Under the pieces are notes generated by a model. The model did no database searches. It saw nothing but the letters and a program-made list of their open reading frames with translations, and was not told the origin of the DNA. From the NCBI GenBank assembly GCA_965225945.1, contig CBDDBZ010000020.1:1-64000 (forward strand): a DNA stretch of 64,000 nt. Direction: 5' to 3'. Source of the stretch: Alphaproteobacteria bacterium (GTDB lineage: Bacteria > Pseudomonadota > Alphaproteobacteria > GCA-2731375). Both the position numbers and the translations under genes were made by a program. This document shows positions 61,677 to 64,000 of this stretch, piece by piece (the stretch's first letter is position 1; each line of letters begins with the position of its first letter).

Positions 61677-62498
61677 TCACTCGAACGGAGGCTGGTGCTT
61701 TCCGGCGGGCGAGGTGGTGAAGATCTCAACACCGTCGGCGGTGACGCCGACGCTGTGCTCGAACTGTGCCGAGAGCGAACGGTCCTTGGTCACGGCGGTC
61801 CAGCCGTCGCTCAATATCTTCACCTGCCATTTGCCCAGGTTGATCATCGGCTCGACGGTGAAGAACATCCCCTCCTTGAGCGTGATGCCGCTGCCGGCCT
61901 CGCCGTAATGCAGGACGTTCGGCGCGTCGTGAAAGACCCGGCCGAGGCCGTGGCCGCAGAAATCCCGGACCACCGAATAGCGCCGCGCCTCGGCGAAGCT
62001 CTGGATCGCGTGGCCGATGTCGCCGAGGCGCGCGCCGGGCTCGATTTGCCCGATTCCCAGCATCATCGCCTCGTATGTGGTCTCGACCAGCCTGCGGGCC
62101 TTCAGGGCGACGTCGCCGAGGAGGAACATCCGGCTGGAATCGCCGTGCCAACCGTCCAGGATGACCGTGATGTCGATGTTGCAGATGTCGCCGTTCTTCA
62201 GCACGCGATCGCCCGGAATGCCGTGACAGACGACGTGATTGATCGAGGTGCAGATCGACTTCGGGAAGCCGCGATAGTTGAGCGGCGCCGCGATCGCCTG
62301 GTGATCGAGGATGAATTCGTGGCAGATCCGGTCCAATTCGCCGGTCGTGACGCCCGGGTGGACGTGGGCGATGAGCATGTCGAGGACTTCCGCGGCGAGC
62401 CGTCCGGCCCGCCGCATCGCCTCGAATTCCCCGGCGCCGTGCAACTTGATAAGTCCGGTATTGCGCTCCGGCGCCTCGGTCGCCGTGACATAGTTCAT
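61677..62498 (-). CDS. map: Type I methionine aminopeptidase
   Basis: CTSINHVVCHGIP, HGDSSRM, GHGLG, EPMIN, QFEH. Confidence 0.96.
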   Translation of the reverse strand: MNYVTATEAPERNTGLIKLHGAGEFEAMRRAGRLAAEVLDMLIAHVHPGVTTGELDRICHEFILDHQAIAAPLNYRGFPKSICTSINHVVCHGIPGDRVLKNGDICNIDITVILDGWHGDSSRMFLLGDVALKARRLVETTYEAMMLGIGQIEPGARLGDIGHAIQSFAEARRYSVVRDFCGHGLGRVFHDAPNVLHYGEAGSGITLKEGMFFTVEPMINLGKWQVKILSDGWTAVTKDRSLSAQFEHSVGVTADGVEIFTTSPAGKHQPPFE

Positions 62499-62516
62499 GC
62501 CCTGCGTTCCTCGGCT

Positions 62517-63218
62517 TCAGACGTTGATATCGAGGCGGGAAGCCAGCTCGATCCCCGCCGTGGTCATCATACAGGAATAGCAAAGTGCCTCAACGCCGCG
62601 GCCGCGCGCCTCCTCGAAGCTTCGGGCATACTCGGGGTCGATGTCACCGGCGAGCGCGAAGCGCCGGCAATCCGCGCGCTGCACCAGATAGAACATCACC
62701 GCGCGCCCGCCGACATCCACGACATCCGCCAACTCCGCCAAATGCTTGGCGCCGCGCAAAGTGACGGAATCGGGAAACTCCGCCAGCTCCGGCGCGCGCC
62801 TGAGGTGAACGTTCTTCACCTCGACATAGCAGGCCGGCAGCACCTCGTCCTCCAGCAGGATATCGATCCGGCTGTTCCGTCCGTAGCGCACTTCTCGACG
62901 GAGATGCGCGTAGCCAGCGAGCTCCGGCACCCGGGCGATCCCGATCGCCTCGGCGACGATCCCGTTTGGATGCGCGGTATTGATGCCCACCAAGCCGCCG
63001 TCGGCGCTGATCAGCTCGAGCGTGTATTTCAGCTTGCGCTTCGGGTTTCGCGCCGGCGATAGCCAGACGTCGGAGCCGGGCTCGACCAGGCCCAGCATCG
63101 AGCCGGGATTGGCGCAATGGGCGGTGACGATCTCGCCGTCGGCCAGTTCCACGTCGGCGAGAAAGCGCTTGTAACGCCGGACCAGGCGTCCAGGCACGAG
63201 GGGATCGGGAAATCGCAC
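62517..63218 (-). CDS. sfsA: SfsA family nuclease-like protein
   Basis: [42 protein letters not shown]. Confidence 0.94.
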   Translation of the reverse strand: MRFPDPLVPGRLVRRYKRFLADVELADGEIVTAHCANPGSMLGLVEPGSDVWLSPARNPKRKLKYTLELISADGGLVGINTAHPNGIVAEAIGIARVPELAGYAHLRREVRYGRNSRIDILLEDEVLPACYVEVKNVHLRRAPELAEFPDSVTLRGAKHLAELADVVDVGGRAVMFYLVQRADCRRFALAGDIDPEYARSFEEARGRGVEALCYSCMMTTAGIELASRLDINV

Positions 63219-63248
63219 CGTGGCCTTGCCCAAATCCGCCGCTGACGC

Positions 63249-63398
63249 CTAAAAGAGCGTGTAGATGAACGGCGCCACCGCGGAGCCTTCAGCGAAGACG
63301 ATCAGGCCGCCCAGGATCAGCGTCATGATGACGATGGGCAACAGCCAATATTTCTTGCGCATCCGCATGAACGCCCAAAACTCGACCAGGAACGCCAT
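63249..63398 (-). CDS. DUF5989-family small membrane protein
   Basis: Below ORF-track size; MAFLVEFWAFMRMRKKYWLLPIVIMTLILGGLIVFAEGSAVAPFIYTLF*. Confidence 0.88.
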   Translation of the reverse strand: MAFLVEFWAFMRMRKKYWLLPIVIMTLILGGLIVFAEGSAVAPFIYTLF

Positions 63399-63442
63399 GA
63401 CGCCACGCCTTCTCCGCGATTGTTGTCGGCTCGGCGGCTGGT

Positions 63443-63770
63443 TTACTGCGTGAAGGCATTCTTGCCAAGCCTCTTCGCCACCGCTTCGGCGATCAGCTCA
63501 TGGCCATGCGGATCGGGGTGACCGTCACCGTCGCCGAAATAGGGCTGGCGCGAGGTGGCGGCCGAGCTCCGCGCGCAGCCGCCGTCCCGTGCTCGCCTGG
63601 CGTTCCAGATCGACGTGGGATTGCCGATTCGCGATACGGGGAAGGAACACACTCTCCTTCGTCGGGACCAGCAAGAGCAGAAAGCCCACCCCGCGCCGTG
63701 CCAGCCGGCGCGCCATTTCGACCAGCGCGCGCTTGATCGCCTCGATGTCGGCGCGAATGCAGGGGTGCGC
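63443..63770 (-). pseudogene. 3' remnant of an SGNH/AlgX-like protein, frameshifted
   Basis: GVGFLLLLVPTKESVF in one frame; PYFGDGDGHPDPHGHELIAEAV in another. Confidence 0.6.
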
Positions 63771-63774
63771 GGCT

Positions 63775-64000
63775 TCAGCCGAGCGCCGCGCGAATGGTCT
63801 CGGCGTGCGCCGCGATCCGGTCCATGTCGCCCGCTTCAATGCCCCAGTTCAGCATCGCGCCATCGTCCTCGGCGCGGGGGAACACGTGGATGTGGAAATG
63901 GAAGACGCTTTGTCCGGCGCCCGCTCCGTTGGCCTGGACGAGGTTGATGCCGTCGGGCGCGAGGCATTCCGCGATGGCCCGGGCGATCCGCTTGGCGGCG
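63775..64000 (-). CDS. HIT family protein, 3' part (starts outside window)
   Basis: Hand translation DGINLVQANGAGAGQSVFHFHIHVFPR contains the histidine triad. Confidence 0.92.
   Translation of the reverse strand, partial: AAKRIARAIAECLAPDGINLVQANGAGAGQSVFHFHIHVFPRAEDDGAMLNWGIEAGDMDRIAAHAETIRAALG

Overview
GC-rich alphaproteobacterial chromosome segment, probably Rhodospirillales-like (inferred from gene order: cheZ-motB-motB-TPR; tlpA/argH-lysA-TIGR02302; rrf2-sufBCDSU-sufT-sufA; sfsA-map-radC). Core genes alternate with two accessory zones. Zone 1 (about 1.7-12.3 kb) holds nested mobile elements: a 755-bp transposase-less IS1595-type cassette with 43-bp perfect TIRs and a passenger gene sits inside an IS3-like element with a 15-bp direct repeat, which probably sits inside an IS110 remnant. 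Two IS256 copies, a phage lysis-gene remnant and a desaturase locus follow. Zone 2 (about 52.5-61 kb) holds a 910-aa PNPOx-MOSC-FNR-ferredoxin fusion, an RclA/MerA-like flavoprotein and three ISs stacked directly upstream of them. The most unusual pattern occurs twice: cargo genes sit between crossed partial copies of both flanking host genes (A-b'-cargo-a'-B), with no integrase in the window. There are also several orphan 3' gene stubs, two in-frame stops and four single-base frameshifts that may be sequencing errors. No rRNA, tRNA or CRISPR array was seen. Family calls come from motif recognition by eye, not database searches.
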